Shown: positions 39,301 to 51,104 of the stretch, in pieces
How the letters are laid out: the number at the start of each line of letters is the position of its first letter
How positions within the stretch are numbered: the stretch's first letter is position 1
NCBI RefSeq assembly: GCF_003704095.1
Contig: NW_020843386.1
Coordinates: 186,001 to 249,948 of the forward strand
Origin: Pocillopora damicornis
Taxonomy: Eukaryota
Length of the DNA stretch: 63,948 bases
Direction: 5' to 3'
Translations under genes and position numbers: made by a program
The notes under the pieces: generated by a model
The model's database searches: none
What the model was told of the DNA's origin: nothing
Seen by the model: the letters and a program-made list of their open reading frames with translations, nothing else

Positions 39301-42300
39301 CGGTTCGATCATGAACTTCGTACGACGCAAATCATCGAGGTTGTCCATTATAACATCCTTGTCATACGATGGGCTTCTAACCTTTTAAGCCATCAGTGTA
39401 GTCGCTGCCGGTGATGAAGGCGAGGCAGATAAGACTCGAACGGTCTAGAACTAATAAAAACTTTTACATTAATAAGTGAAAAGAGAAAGAAAACGAACGG
39501 AAGAAAACGTGTTAAATACTGAGGTTTTAGCCGCACTGGTTGGCTTTACATTCAACGACTAAAATTGTGGAACCTTTTCTTTTCTTGAAACTGGGAACTG
39601 ACTTAAAATTAAGCCAACAGTGTTAACCTAACATGTTCAAAAGTATTGGCCAGGACGACTCGTGTCACTTATTCAAGAAATCAAATGGAAAACTATAACC
39701 AATCCTACAAGTCGTCCTCAGACGTCTTTAATTTGACCTCTCACTGGCTCCAAGTAACATTTATCTGTATTCAGAATGACCTTGGCGACTTCTCCGGTTC
39801 TTTATGATTGTACAACCGCACTTTAGGATGCACGCTGTCACGATAGAGCGGATCTTTAACGAGTTCATGAGTTTTCATAATCCACACACTCGTTAGAAAG
39901 TTATTCTCCCAAGGTTTAAATCAGCCTCGCGTTTTTCACGTAACATTCAGCACCGGATACAGTCGTTTTTTCTACGCTTTTTCCTGTTAAGTGTTCCACG
40001 TTTTTTTTAAGTCAGAGTAATTTTTAACTGAGTGTCAAAAGTAAATCATGATTGCATTAGTTCTGCTTTACTTGTTATGTGATTGGTCCAGAAAACTGGC
40101 GCCACTCTCTCAACCAATCAGATGCAAAACGAAAAAACCAAATCACGACTTGGTCGCCTGCGTTTTCCCGCCCTTTAGGCGGTTTGGTTGTTTTCACTTT
40201 GAATTCTCATTGGCTTTTAAATGTATTTTCCTTTCTTCTGATTGGCCGTTGTAATGGCCAATCGAAAAGCGCGAAAAGCGCGCTATCACCAATATAACTT
40301 TCCCACTTTATATTTCCTATAAACGTTTCAAAAAAGAGATTTCAATTAAAAAATACAGACGGTAATCGACAAACTTCAGACTAACGTAGCTTTCTCTTAA
40401 CTGCATCACTTGTGTATTCCTCTGCTTCCATTTTAGTGTCGAAGATATTTCTATACACTCGTTTGCTACCAAAGAGGAATATATCACTGTCGTCTGAAAT
40501 AGTTCCATCTGATTTACCAGCTAGTTCTAATGCGGCGCACTGGGCTTCGGCTTCGGTCGGACTTATCACATAAGGAACACCAAACTTCAGTAGTAGTTTC
40601 TGAGGTAAAAGAAAAAAGTAATTTAATGTACTGCCTGCAGCACGAACTGAAGATTACTTGGCAATCGACACTGCACTAGCTGGAGAAATTCTTCATCTCT
40701 TGCATTCAGGAATACTACAATTGACTGAGGTTTCTATGGAAGATAAGATGATGAGCTGCCATCTCATATCAGAAAGAGCACTTAAGGAAGTGAAATGTAA
40801 TAGCCTCTTCTTCAATTGACGCGTTAGTGCGTTTTTGATGCCTTTAACACGACATTCAACCGTGTTACCTCTCTAATTATTCGGGCTTTTTAAATTACCA
40901 CAACATTAGTTTTCATGCCGCAAGAAAAATTTCCACTATTTATTCGTAAACGCTAGACTCTGCATCTTTATTCTAATGAAGAACAGAGCCACTGCACAAG
41001 CAAGTCTTTCCACAATCTATCAACTGAAGGGAAAATGGAAGGAGTACAAAATGGGGAAACGAAAAGAGGAGTAGGAACAGTATAAAACTGAGAATGAAAG
41101 GAAGGGTAAGAAAGAAACAGAAGAAGAGGGATGGAAAGGGGCGGAAACAAGATAATAGAGGCACGAAGAGGGGAGGGACAGCATGGAACTGAGAATTAAA
41201 GGAAGGGTAGGAAAGAACTAAGAGAAGAGGAATGGAAAGGGGTGGGAACTGGATTAAAAAGGCACGAGGAGGGGAGGGGAGGGGAGGACATAAAGGTTGT
41301 GTTCAGGTGTAACCTGCGAGAAGAAATGCACGAGAAGAAGAAGGAGAGAAAGAAAAGGAAGAGAGAACAGAATAAAAGAAGGGATAATGAGTACAACGAC
41401 ATTGTTTTGAAACTAATGGTACACGGAGATGTTAATAATGCTTTGATGTACCTGACAATCGATGTACATCTCAGGGGTCACTGTAGCTGCCCGGCGATTC
41501 TGCCTGGCAAGTTCTGCTGCAAGAGACTTCTGTTCTGCCCGTATGCCATCCATCTCTTGCTAAAAGTGTTAAGTATGCATTTTATTACCTTCTATCCTGA
41601 AGATAGTCAAAAAGCTTAGTTTTCAATGTTCTTCGATCAGTCCATTACCAATATATTCTAAACTTTGGCCACAGGGCAAGGGAAAGTCTCATAGAAACTG
41701 TTGAGTATTGCACAAGTTATCTTACTTTATGAGGGCAGTAGTCAACTTATTTCATATATGACATTGGATAAACGGTCATGGTGGTGATAGTGTGATACCT
41801 CCTATATTTCCTTAGAAACATGCCATGTCACCTTAAGAATAGACCACCTCACCTTGGGTTCCACAGGACAATCCATTCCAATTTTCAATACTTCCAAAGA
41901 ATCATGTTTCTCCAAAGCTGGCACGACAGTGTGACTATCAGAAAACAACTGAGAGGAGGTGCTCGTATTTGCCTTTACCTTGCCTCGCAATGACCTGAAC
42001 AAGACAAAAGCCACAAGACTGGTTAGTGGATGAACTTGACTGACAATTATTTCCTTTTTGCATTTAGAGTGCCTTCACTGAGATATGAAGCATGCTTGAA
42101 GTTAGAGAGCAAGATAAATTTTCCTTTAGCAATTCCAGCTTCCTGAATGTTTGCCAAAGTTCCCAAGAGTTTTATAATTCAATGAAGACACAGCTAACAA
42201 GTAAAGGCAATAATTAATTAAGCAATTATTGCTCCACTAAAATTAACATGTGTTGGGATAATTCCCCTCTATAAGGCTTCAATGGTCACACCTAGGTCAT

Positions 42301-45154
42301 CAGTGTGCACATTGAGAAAATGAAATACCAGTATACCTGCTCCACTTAATTTGAGTGCAAAGATTTACAAGTAGAGTCTTATGTTTGTATATAAGGTAAC
42401 AACATGTTTTCAAGTGCAATTTTGTGTTAATAAGCATGAGTAAATTTTTCAAAGACAACAAAATTGCCCGAGTGCATAGGGCAAGTGCAATTTGAAGTCT
42501 CTGAAAAATTTAAGAGTGCTTATTAACACCAAATAGCACTCAAAATCATGTTGTTTCTTGATAATAATTTACATAAAAAACACATCACCGAAAGTCAAGA
42601 CAGACAAAATTTTGGTAGTGGGCACATGCTATTTGTAATTTGCACTTGTGTGACAACTTTGCACTTGTGTTACATGAAAAAGGCACTCATTTAAAGCCAA
42701 TCAGACACGTGTAATTTTTTCATGAATATCATTATTCATTTACAAATGTGAGTCATAAACTTAATCAGCTGAAAAGTTTACCAACAGCTTTTGCTCAATA
42801 AAGTCAATTTCATACTTACAAACTCTCACCTTTTCATATATGATACCAGTGCATCTGAAGGCAGTGGAGTATGTTTTGGTTCAAATGCACCCTGCTTCAT
42901 CAGGTTTACACTGGCCAGAGCTGTACTTGTGCTAAAAAGATATTCACTATAATGCACTTTCACCAACAAAATCCTAAAATTTTAGATAAACTATTAACCC
43001 TTTGACCTCAACATGTAACTTCTCCCTGTACCAGTAATAGCTGTACCTAATCTTGCAAACAGGTTAGGAGAATGCTCAAACTTATTATTGTGATCTAACA
43101 CCAAATTCTTGTAACTAATTTACAAGGAAATGTGTAGCATCTAGAGGGGAGAATTAACAATCAGATCTTGGGAGTTAAAGGGTTAACTTCAGACCAACTA
43201 TAGATTGAATTGTTTGCCTGACTTGGACTGCCAGCGAAAGAGAACAAGATGTGAAAAACAAACTTTAACAAAGGGAAATCTGACCTGGGAAAAGAAAAAT
43301 TCATTTTCTTGATAAACAAATAATGAAATTTCAAAATTACAAGTTTTACATAATTATACATCAACTGTTTTCAGACTGGCTTTTGGAACAAATTTTTGCC
43401 CAAACTTTTCCAACAGCTGGTAAAATTGTGAGGCATTGCAGGAAGTTTACCACCAAAGAAACCTCACTTCAGTCAAGAAAAGGGAGTTTTCTTTTTAAAC
43501 TTACAAGATTCCAAAATTAATACTAAACTTTTTGTACAATTTATACAGGTAGAGATACCTTTCTTGTTTAATGACTTTTTTGATATCTTCACAACGTAAT
43601 TTATTTTTCAACATTTTCTCTGCAACACTCTTTGACTTATGCACAGCCTTAAACCTTTGATCTCTTCTTGCAGCCTGTTAAAGAAAATGACAAAATATAT
43701 CAAATTTATCATCATTATTGTTTCAAAGATTGACAAAATTTATAACTTGTTATTCCATTGCCTTTGCTGGCAATATAAAACCACACTCTTTATGCCCACT
43801 TCCACAAGTTTTTAAGTCTTTCTGTGACATCAATACCTCACTGATAAACTAGTCATGAGAATTAATTGGGTTATCTGCAAATATTACATGCAACTTCATA
43901 GGAAAAACAAATTTAAACCAAAAATCTTTAAAAAAAAAGTTCACTAAAGCTATGTATACACTTATGAATGATGGAAAATTATAAATCGGATCTTAGGGGC
44001 TAAAACCTTTAAATATCATGTTATTCAAGGGCACACTAGCTATTTCACTGCTTTTAGCAAAAAGTTACTGTAAGGAATAGTTGGTGTCCATAAGATTTAT
44101 GATTCCAAGTTGTTAGGCACATTTATCACCATCTTGAAGGTGGTTCACATTTGACTGATTTACATGTTCTATTGTTTACTGTTTACTGATTCATTACCAG
44201 AGTCTTATCCTTGAGTTCTGGGGCTGCACCATCAAATACAAATATTGGTTTTATTCTATGAGACAGCAGCTTGCAGGTTGTGGAAAACAATCCTGCCATG
44301 TGTGCTGTGGCCAAAGGATTACCATGCCTGCCCCGCATTCCCTTAACAGACTGATTCAGCAGCAAACTAACATCTGTTCATTAGGATCAAGGTTATAAAA
44401 GACTTTGACATCAAGACAACTGAAAAATCTAGTCAAGTATTTGATGATCAAGATATATCACATAATAATTCGCGGTATATCATAGACTAAGATAGTCGTT
44501 ATGTAAATAGTGTCTTTTATGTACCTAACTGCAAATAGCGACATTTATACAATCGACCTCATTGCCTGATGAAGACTAGCAGTATTGCTGTCGAAATGTT
44601 GCGATCAGCATCCAAAGTGACTCCATTGTGAGACAAACTAAAAAAGGTCATCTCTTGGTGTTTTTTATATGCAATGATTGGCTGAAAATATTTTCAATTT
44701 CTTGAAACATCGTTGTCTGGAAAACTGAACCACACTTGTAAAATATCAACATCCACAATTATCTTGGATTGAAGATTCAGTTGTGAAACCAAACTCAACG
44801 GAATGCACAATTGCTTTCAAACAGTTCTGCAGCTCTGATACTTGATTTTATCACAAACTGATAAAATAAATGATTTTCACCCCATAGTTTAATTCCATTC
44901 AGCGTGATAGGCTTAATCGTAGCTCACACCCAAGCAGACTCAAGATTGGTGAATACTTTCACATCAGTCTACGTGAGATTACATTAAAGGGTAAAATGTA
45001 ACAGAACTAGAGGTGCATAAGCTTATATATTTTGCCTTAAATGGGATCTAAAGACAGCAAGGATACCAACTCCGATAGTCTTGTTCTGAAGGGTCTCTAT
45101 TGTAACAGGCTTTCCTGCCGGTTTTATTAATTCCCACAATCCTTTCACTCCCAT
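36367..45154 (-). CDS. ERCC5: XPG/Rad2-family structure-specific endonuclease, XPG(ERCC5)-like, short spacer; 3' end in gap
   Basis: Exons 45154-45067, 44373-44198, 43674-43559, 42931-42830, 41994-41853, 41559-41452, 40599-40386, 39450-39382, 38790-38715, 38416-38350, 38173-38049, 37558-37474, 36460-gap. Motifs MGVKGLWELI, VDVS..NQ, PIFVFDGAAPELK, FGVPYVISPTEAEAQCA, ISDDSDIFLFG, TGSDYTDG, WKHPDL, PIP box TQMKIDQFF. The symbol denotes the family; orthology is not shown. Confidence 0.88.
37126..37163 (+). repeat. Short interstitial (TTAGGG/TAAGGG)n tract in XPG intron
   Basis: GGGTTAGGGTAAGGGTTAGGGTAAGGGTTAGGGTTAGG. Confidence 0.8.
37559..38048 (-). other. U12-type AT-AC intron
   Basis: 5' ATATCCTTT (from 38048), branch point TCCTTAAC (37574-37567), 3' AC (37560-37559); joins ..EFLKS|FAFKILGW in frame. 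Confidence 0.92.
40013..40285. mobile_element. MITE-like dispersed repeat in XPG intron
   Basis: AGAGTAATTTTTAACTGAGTGTC..GTGATTGGTCCAGAAAACTGGCGCCACTCTCTCAACCAATCAG..AATCGAAAAGCGC..CGCTA; resembles a common coral repeat (recall). Confidence 0.5.
41020..41390. repeat. Purine-rich low-complexity tract with internal ~120 bp degenerate duplication
   Basis: AACTGAGAAT.AAAGGAAGGGTA.GAAAGAA..AGAGG.ATGGAAAGGGG.GG.A..GGCACGA.GAGGGGAGGGA at ~41086 and ~41187. Confidence 0.7.
42994..43186. mobile_element. TTAA-flanked MITE (piggyBac/Kolobok-like non-autonomous)
   Basis: TTAA-CCCTTTGAC ... GGGAGTTAAAGGG-TTAA. Confidence 0.7.
44374..45066 (-). other. U12-type GT-AG intron (XPG intron 1)
   Basis: 5' GTATCCTT; branch-point-like CCTTGAT (44392-44386) ~13 nt from the CAG acceptor; no polypyrimidine tract. 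Confidence 0.85.
44561..44605 (+). ncRNA. Hammerhead-ribozyme-like motif (Penelope-type minimal type I)
   Basis: ATTGC-CTGATGA-AGAC..GTC-GAAA-TGTT-GCGAT: stem I ATTGC/GCGAT, core boxes, stem II GAC/GTC. Confidence 0.45.
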
Positions 45155-45779
45155 CTCGATTCGCTGATGCCCCCAACACGAACTCCCTTGTTTATATCGA
45201 GATTTTGTGGCCGCTGGATTCAAACATAAAGTAATTATTCATGGAACTACGATAGATGTTTCGGTACGTTTTCTCCTGAGGCGATTTGGGATCTCGGTTT
45301 GATCGCGCTAAAGTAATGGCACCGCGAAAATGTACACGAGGATGGAAGCTTACGCGAAATGAAATAGAAGTACTCTGACCTTGTTAATAAACAACACGAT
45401 TTAACAAGTTAATTACTTGCTATGACTGTCACGCTTCTTGGCAAGCTATTAACCTGACAATCCCTAATAGCTGCTTTTAGCCATTGTTTTTCAGAGGGTC
45501 TCGTACGTAAAATGTTGATTTTTTTGGGCGCTTAGTAAGCACATCTTGTCTTTCCTGTTTGCCGTGGAAAGTTCCTTGTTGCAGCGTTTAGATCAACCCT
45601 GATGAAGGCACTAGAAAGACGTTGGGTCTATGAGTTGTAACTTCTTCGGTTACATTCATTAAATCTGTTAACCAGAGTAGTATCAATTATTGTTATTAAT
45701 ACCCAGTCCCCAGCATTGCATCTTTGTGAAAAGATTACATGAAGAATCTACCAAGTCACACTATGACCGCTGAACTAAG

Positions 45780-45804
45780 GATGATGATGATAATAATAAT
45801 AATG

Positions 45805-45850
<46 letters not shown>
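45780..45850. repeat. (AAT)n/(GAT)n microsatellite
   Basis: Direct reading. Confidence 0.95.
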
Positions 45851-46156
45851 TTTAAAACATATTAAAGTGAATATTAGCGCATTATCCGTATGCTCATGGC
45901 GCTTTACAACTGAATATTCAAGACCGAAAATTTTGTAGATGAAAAAACTACATCAATAATAAAACAAATATATAGAAGAACATGTTAAAAATTCGTATCT
46001 TGAAATTGAGATTAAAAGTAAAAGTAAAAATTAAAATTCTCATCGCAATATTTCTAACATAACTTAAATCAAAGTACTCTTTGAATAAAAAAGTCTTTGT
46101 AGAAGTTTTTTGAAATAACATCCTGATTACGCATGGGTTCGGGCAGTGAGTCATCT

Positions 46157-46690
46157 TAAGATCACTGATCACTTTACGTGTACCTCCGCCAATGTCATTT
46201 ACTGCATAATTTTAACTTGCAATAAATTATACTTCGCTACGTGGAAAGAAATGACAAGGATGCATCCAAACCAGTCACTAAACACTTAAATCTCCCTAAT
46301 CATACTAAACAACATATGGCAGTTTGCGGCCTTTCCTCACATCTAAGCAGTTCGGAAAGCCGCAAAACACGAGAACAAAAATTTATCTTCCAAATCGGCA
46401 CTGTTAATCCCCACGGTATCAAAGAGCGCTTTTCATTCACCTAATTTATTCTTGTTTTCTCGTCACCATACTCCCACCAATAGTGTAGCTCCACTTTCTA
46501 CATAGAAACCCACACACAACCCACAATTCCTCCAATCGCTTTGACCAAGGGGTAACGCTCGAAAAGTCAGCTTTTTTATTCTTTACGGTGGCCAATTTAC
46601 GTTTTCAACTCAGTTGTTAACACTATATTACCTACTATACTCTCCCACCAACGCAGCACCTCAGTTTCTTTAGAAACTTACCCCCTAACT
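46157..46690 (+). mobile_element. Penelope-like retroelement 3' fragment (GIY-YIG endonuclease remnant + pseudo-LTR)
   Basis: KITDHFTCTSANVIYCI..CNKLY [YIG segment deleted] VERNDKDASKPVTKHLNLPNH..EQKFIFQIGTVNPHGIKERFSF*, followed by degenerate hammerhead-like TTGACCAAGGGGTAACGCTCGAAAAGTCAG. Confidence 0.8.
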
Positions 46691-47774
46691 CTAACAGCGT
46701 TCTATTCCAATTACTACCACAGGCGGCTCAAGCTCCAGTTGTGAGACGATCATCGTAATAAGCGTCATGACGAAAACGTAAGAGTTTGTATGGAAATATT
46801 AGTAATCAATTCCTGTCTTATGAAACCTAGAAATGGATAACTCGCTAAAATGGGTTCTTTTCAACATAGGGAGTGGTCAGATGACAAGTGATGCACTGGG
46901 GAAGTAAGGTGAGGGATTTTCATTGAGAATTTAATGTATTTTTTTATTCCTAAGAGCGATTGTAAATACCACTCAAACTCTTGAATTTGCCCCATGACGC
47001 TTATTGCGCAAGATGATCGTCTCACAGCTGGAGCTTGGACCGCCTGTGGTACTACAATCTGATTAACCACGCCATTCGCTAAGTATTCCGCGATAGCAGA
47101 ATAGTGAGTAACTAGTAGAGTAAAGTAGAGAAAGTAGTCTCGCAGTGTGAGATTGTGAATAAAATAAATAGAAACATATGTCTATCTTGTTGTTAATTTT
47201 TAGGTATTAAATATATATTTAACAGTAACAACTAGATTATTCGCTCTCAATTTTTTATTGATCGGTACCTATCATGCGATAGTAATCTCGAGCTCATAAT
47301 CTTGACCATCCGAGAGCAGCTGGAATCAGTCAAAATCATGTATAGCCGTCCTGGTACAAGAAATGTGAGGCTTCCTGATAAAAACCAGCCAGTCTATTCG
47401 TGGAGGAAGGATTTTTTTGCCTTTTACAGTGACATATGTATCTAAATCTATTTCTTAAAGATTGTGATCTACCATGAAACAATTTTTTTTAATTCAATTT
47501 AGCATGAATTACCACTTTGTCTAGCTACGCGAAACTCTTTTTTAACATTTGGTTTCCTTCTTCTGCCAAGTTCCCACTAGGCTGAATATTTATTCAGAAA
47601 GGCTGACCATAAATCAAGGAACAAAGACCTGAACAAAGTCCGTAAAGAAAAGAATTGTTCCTTTAACCCTAAACAATTAATTTTCAATTGTAAGACTGCC
47701 AATACAAATCCATGTTATAGAACTTCAAAAGACTACCTACCATCTGACCTCCAACTAGAAGCTGGCAGTTCATT

Positions 47775-48875
47775 ATGGCTGCACAGAAAACAGTTTTGTT
47801 GTTGGTACTAATGGGAACTACGGCATGTTTTTCTGTCGAAGGGTCTGGAAATTCTCATTTTTCTTATTTTGAAGCCTTTCAAAACAAGAGGCTGATAGGA
47901 TATGTTATCAAACGGTTTGATTCACCGAGTTTGTTATCGTGCGGTCAGAAATGTCTGAGAAACACCTGGTGTACTTCCACCAACTTCAAGTTTTCATCCA
48001 AGAAGAAAAGCATTGGAGGGACTTGTGAACTGAACAAGCACGACTTCTCTGTTGTGAGTGAAAGAAGCAACTTTGCTGATCAGGAAGAAACAACTTTTTC
48101 AAGGTTTCGAAATGTTAGTATTCACTTTGCTTGTTCTAAGCAAGAAGTGGAACCCAGTTTTCACTTTGCATTTATAATCATCGGGTTTAGTAATCATTTA
48201 TAATTTATCATGTAATATTCTCGGCCAGTGACCAATTGAGAGGCATCAAGTGACGGAATATAAGATACCCTGAATATTATATGTTTCTTGAAGGTAACAC
48301 TTTTCCACAAGCCACAGATAAGAAATGTCTGTGGATGATATCTGAGTGTATGCGCAAAGAAAATTTTTATGGACACTTCGGGAAATAATTTGCTGGAGTA
48401 CTTTAACCTAAATGTCTCGTTTTCCATCGACTGATAACAACAGGTTTGCCAGAAAGGATGGGCTCTCCACTCTCAATCATGTTACGTTGTTTTCGACACT
48501 CCAACGCAAAATTGGACTGAAGCCCGCAGGGTTTGCAAGAGGTACGGGGGAGATCTGCCTGTAATCAGATCTGCTGATGACAACAACTTCATACTCGATC
48601 TGATTCTAAATCAGGAATTAGTGCAACACCTTGGTGTGTGGATTGGACTTTACAGAAAACCTGACAACGAGTTCTACTGGATTGACGATACTCCTGTGAC
48701 AGGCCAGTTTTCTGCATGGGCAAAAGGAGAACCAAACAGTGGTCAAGAGAAATGTGCCAATATATTTGCCGGAAAACTCTCACCATTGGGAAAGTGGAAT
48801 GACATCAGCTGTAATTTAGCTCGTGAATTCCAACAGTCTGCCCCTTTTGTTCTTTGCCAGAAAGGCTTACTATAA
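47775..48875 (+). CDS. Secreted PAN + C-type lectin protein (gene H)
   Basis: Exons 47775-48113 (MAAQKTVLLLVLMGTTAC..CGQKCLRNTWCTSTNF..CELN; donor GTTAGT) and 48444-48875 (VCQKGW..SCY..WTEARRVC..WIGL..WAKGEPNSGQEKCA..WNDISC..VLCQK*); phase 0. Confidence 0.88.
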
Positions 48876-49449
48876 ATCAACCCATCCATAAATTCCATCT
48901 AAACGTTATGTAGGTCTAACTTTTGTGAAAAGCGTCAACATAGGACCAAAAAAGGTGAATTTAGTGTGTGTTTGAAACACTAGTAAATGGACTGGACCCT
49001 AGTTGGTTTTTGTGAGATGTTCAAGTAAGTGCCACTGAAATCTTACCAAGGCCTAACGTTTGAAACATCAGTTTTGGAAACATNNNNNNNNNNNNNNNNN
49101 NNNNNNNNNNNNNNNNNNNNNNNCCCCCCTCCCACCCACGCAGTACCAAAGTTCATGCGAACTTTTTTGTACATTGAGATTTAAATCATCTGAAAATTAT
49201 TAAGTTTTCTCTCCTTAGGTACGATTTTAATACTATTTATTCCTCTTGGAAAGGACAGATTCAAAGCAGCCGGTCAGAGAAACAAGAAACACCCCCTGAT
49301 AAAGCCGTTAGAGAATAACTGGCGATGTCAATTGATGTGTAGTGTGGGCGAGGGGGGAGGAAGTGGTTGTGACAGCCACTATCAACTGCAGTTTCAAAAC
49401 AAACTGGGTCGATTAAATTACCTTGACGCTTTCACCTTAAAATTTATTA

Positions 49450-49753
49450 AATGGCAGAATTACTTTTGAACCTTTAAAAACGCTGAGAAGAGAATTAGGG
49501 GTCATTTCATACAACGTATCTTGAAAGCAGCAAACTATCTGCATAAGTGGAATGGCAGAATTACTTTTTTAATTTTAGAAACGCTGATAAGAGAATTAGG
49601 GGTCATTTCATACAACGTATCTTGAAAGCAGGAAACTATCTGCATAAGTGGAATGGCAGTATTACGTTTTTAATTTTAGAAACGCTGCAAAGAGAATTAG
49701 GGGTCATTTCATACCACGTAACTTGAAGCAGGAAACCACCTGCATAAGTGGAA
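49450..49753. repeat. ~101-bp tandem repeat x3
   Basis: AATGGCAGAATTACTTTT..AAACGCTG..AAGAGAATTAGGGGTCATTTCATACAACGTATCTTGAAAGCAG.AAACTATCTGCATAAGTGG at ~49450, 49551 and 49652. Confidence 0.92.
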
Positions 49754-50285
49754 TATAAGCAAAAAATTAACCTGACGTCAATTACTTACGTCACCTACAG
49801 GATAAACCTTTGCTACATAACAAGGTAAAATTCCTTAATCACTTCGTAAGGTTGATACTTTGAGCTTTCGCGGAAAACACTTAATAGAACATATACATTA
49901 CACAAACTGAAATAAACAAACAACTACCGATAGGCTTCTTATGAGAAGATAAGAGAAATTTGACGCTCCCAAATTAAATCTTGTTTTAATCGTCCAATTT
50001 TTTTGGGAACTGGAGAATACCGAAGAGGTTCTCAACGAGGTGATGGCTTTTACGGCTTATGGGTAATGTCATTCCATTTTATTACCTTAAATTTTTTTTT
50101 TCGGTGAACTTTTTTCACGAATATTTGATAAAATTTGTCAGTTTTTACGGTTAACCCCATCGAGACCCTCACCGAAGGGATAACTGTTATTAGAGAAACG
50201 AAGGAACCAATTGATTAAAAATTCTATCGATGTAAGAACTGAATTAGTGAAAGCTTAACCTTTAAGTGAAAAAAAAATTTTATTA

Positions 50286-50520
50286 CCTTTAGCAGCATTA
50301 GCAAAGTAAACATCCTTCATATAAGCAGAGTTAATATTTTCCTTAACAGTAGGAATTACGTGTGTGTTTATCACAAAGTCCTTTGACATCTTTCTTGGAG
50401 TCCAGCTTAAAACTTGTGCAGAATGCCATCTATTTCTAAGAAATTTCTCACTGCTTGATGGCAAACCAGAAGAGTCAAACCGTCTACATTTTCTCAATGT
50501 CACGCTATACGTGTTAAAAC
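50286..50520 (-). pseudogene. Degenerate PAN exon
   Basis: RRFDSSGLPSSSEKFLRNRW..VKENINSA..ATGCTGCTAAAG|GTAATA; cysteines lost, frameshifts. Confidence 0.6.
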
Positions 50521-50772
50521 TATTATGTGCATCAACTCAATCTTTAATAAGCTACGCGAAGCGAAACTCTTCCCAGCATTCTTCATTTCCTGCCGAGTTT
50601 CCCTCCGTCAAAATGTTTGTCTGGCAACTGAAGCCAGATCCGGAAGGAAAACATTTTGTTAATTCAAACCATTCGCACTTAATTGAAAGATAGGATGAAC
50701 ACTTTCAAAGGTTCTTTAACAACGGAATCATATTCAGTACAATGTTACAGTTAACTTGAACTAAAGGCAGGT

Positions 50773-51104
50773 ATGGCTGCGTAAAAGGAAATTTTGTTGT
50801 TATTTCTCTTGAGAACTACGGCACGTTTTCTGCAAAAGACAACCCCAAAATTCCTCTTTTTTCTTTTATTTGAAACCTTAGAGGTTGATGGGATACGCCG
50901 TCAAACAGTTTGATTCACCCAGTTTGTTATAGTACGGTCAGCAATGTCTGAGAAACACCTGGTGTATTTCCATCAACAACATGTTTTCCTCTACAAGGAG
51001 AGACGAAGGAACCTGCGAACTAATTAAACAAACATAGCATGTCTATTAACGAAAACAACCATTTTGCTGACGAAGAGGAAACGACTTTCTCGCTGTCACT
51101 TAAG
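50773..51104 (+). pseudogene. Degenerate PAN exon, paralogue of gene H exon 1
   Basis: ATG GCT GCG TAA; GYAVKQFDSPSLL*YGQQCLRNTWCIS..GTCEL..NHFADEEETTFS; stops, frameshifts, donor lost. Confidence 0.8.

Noticed and set aside
41196-41619. Lys/Glu/Arg-rich and Phe/Ser/Leu-rich ORFs
   Set aside because: Artefacts of a purine-rich intronic tract and antisense overlap with XPG exon 6
45596-45628. Active hammerhead ribozyme (CCCTGATGAAGGC..GACGTTGGG)
   Set aside because: Stem II and the GAAA box are disrupted
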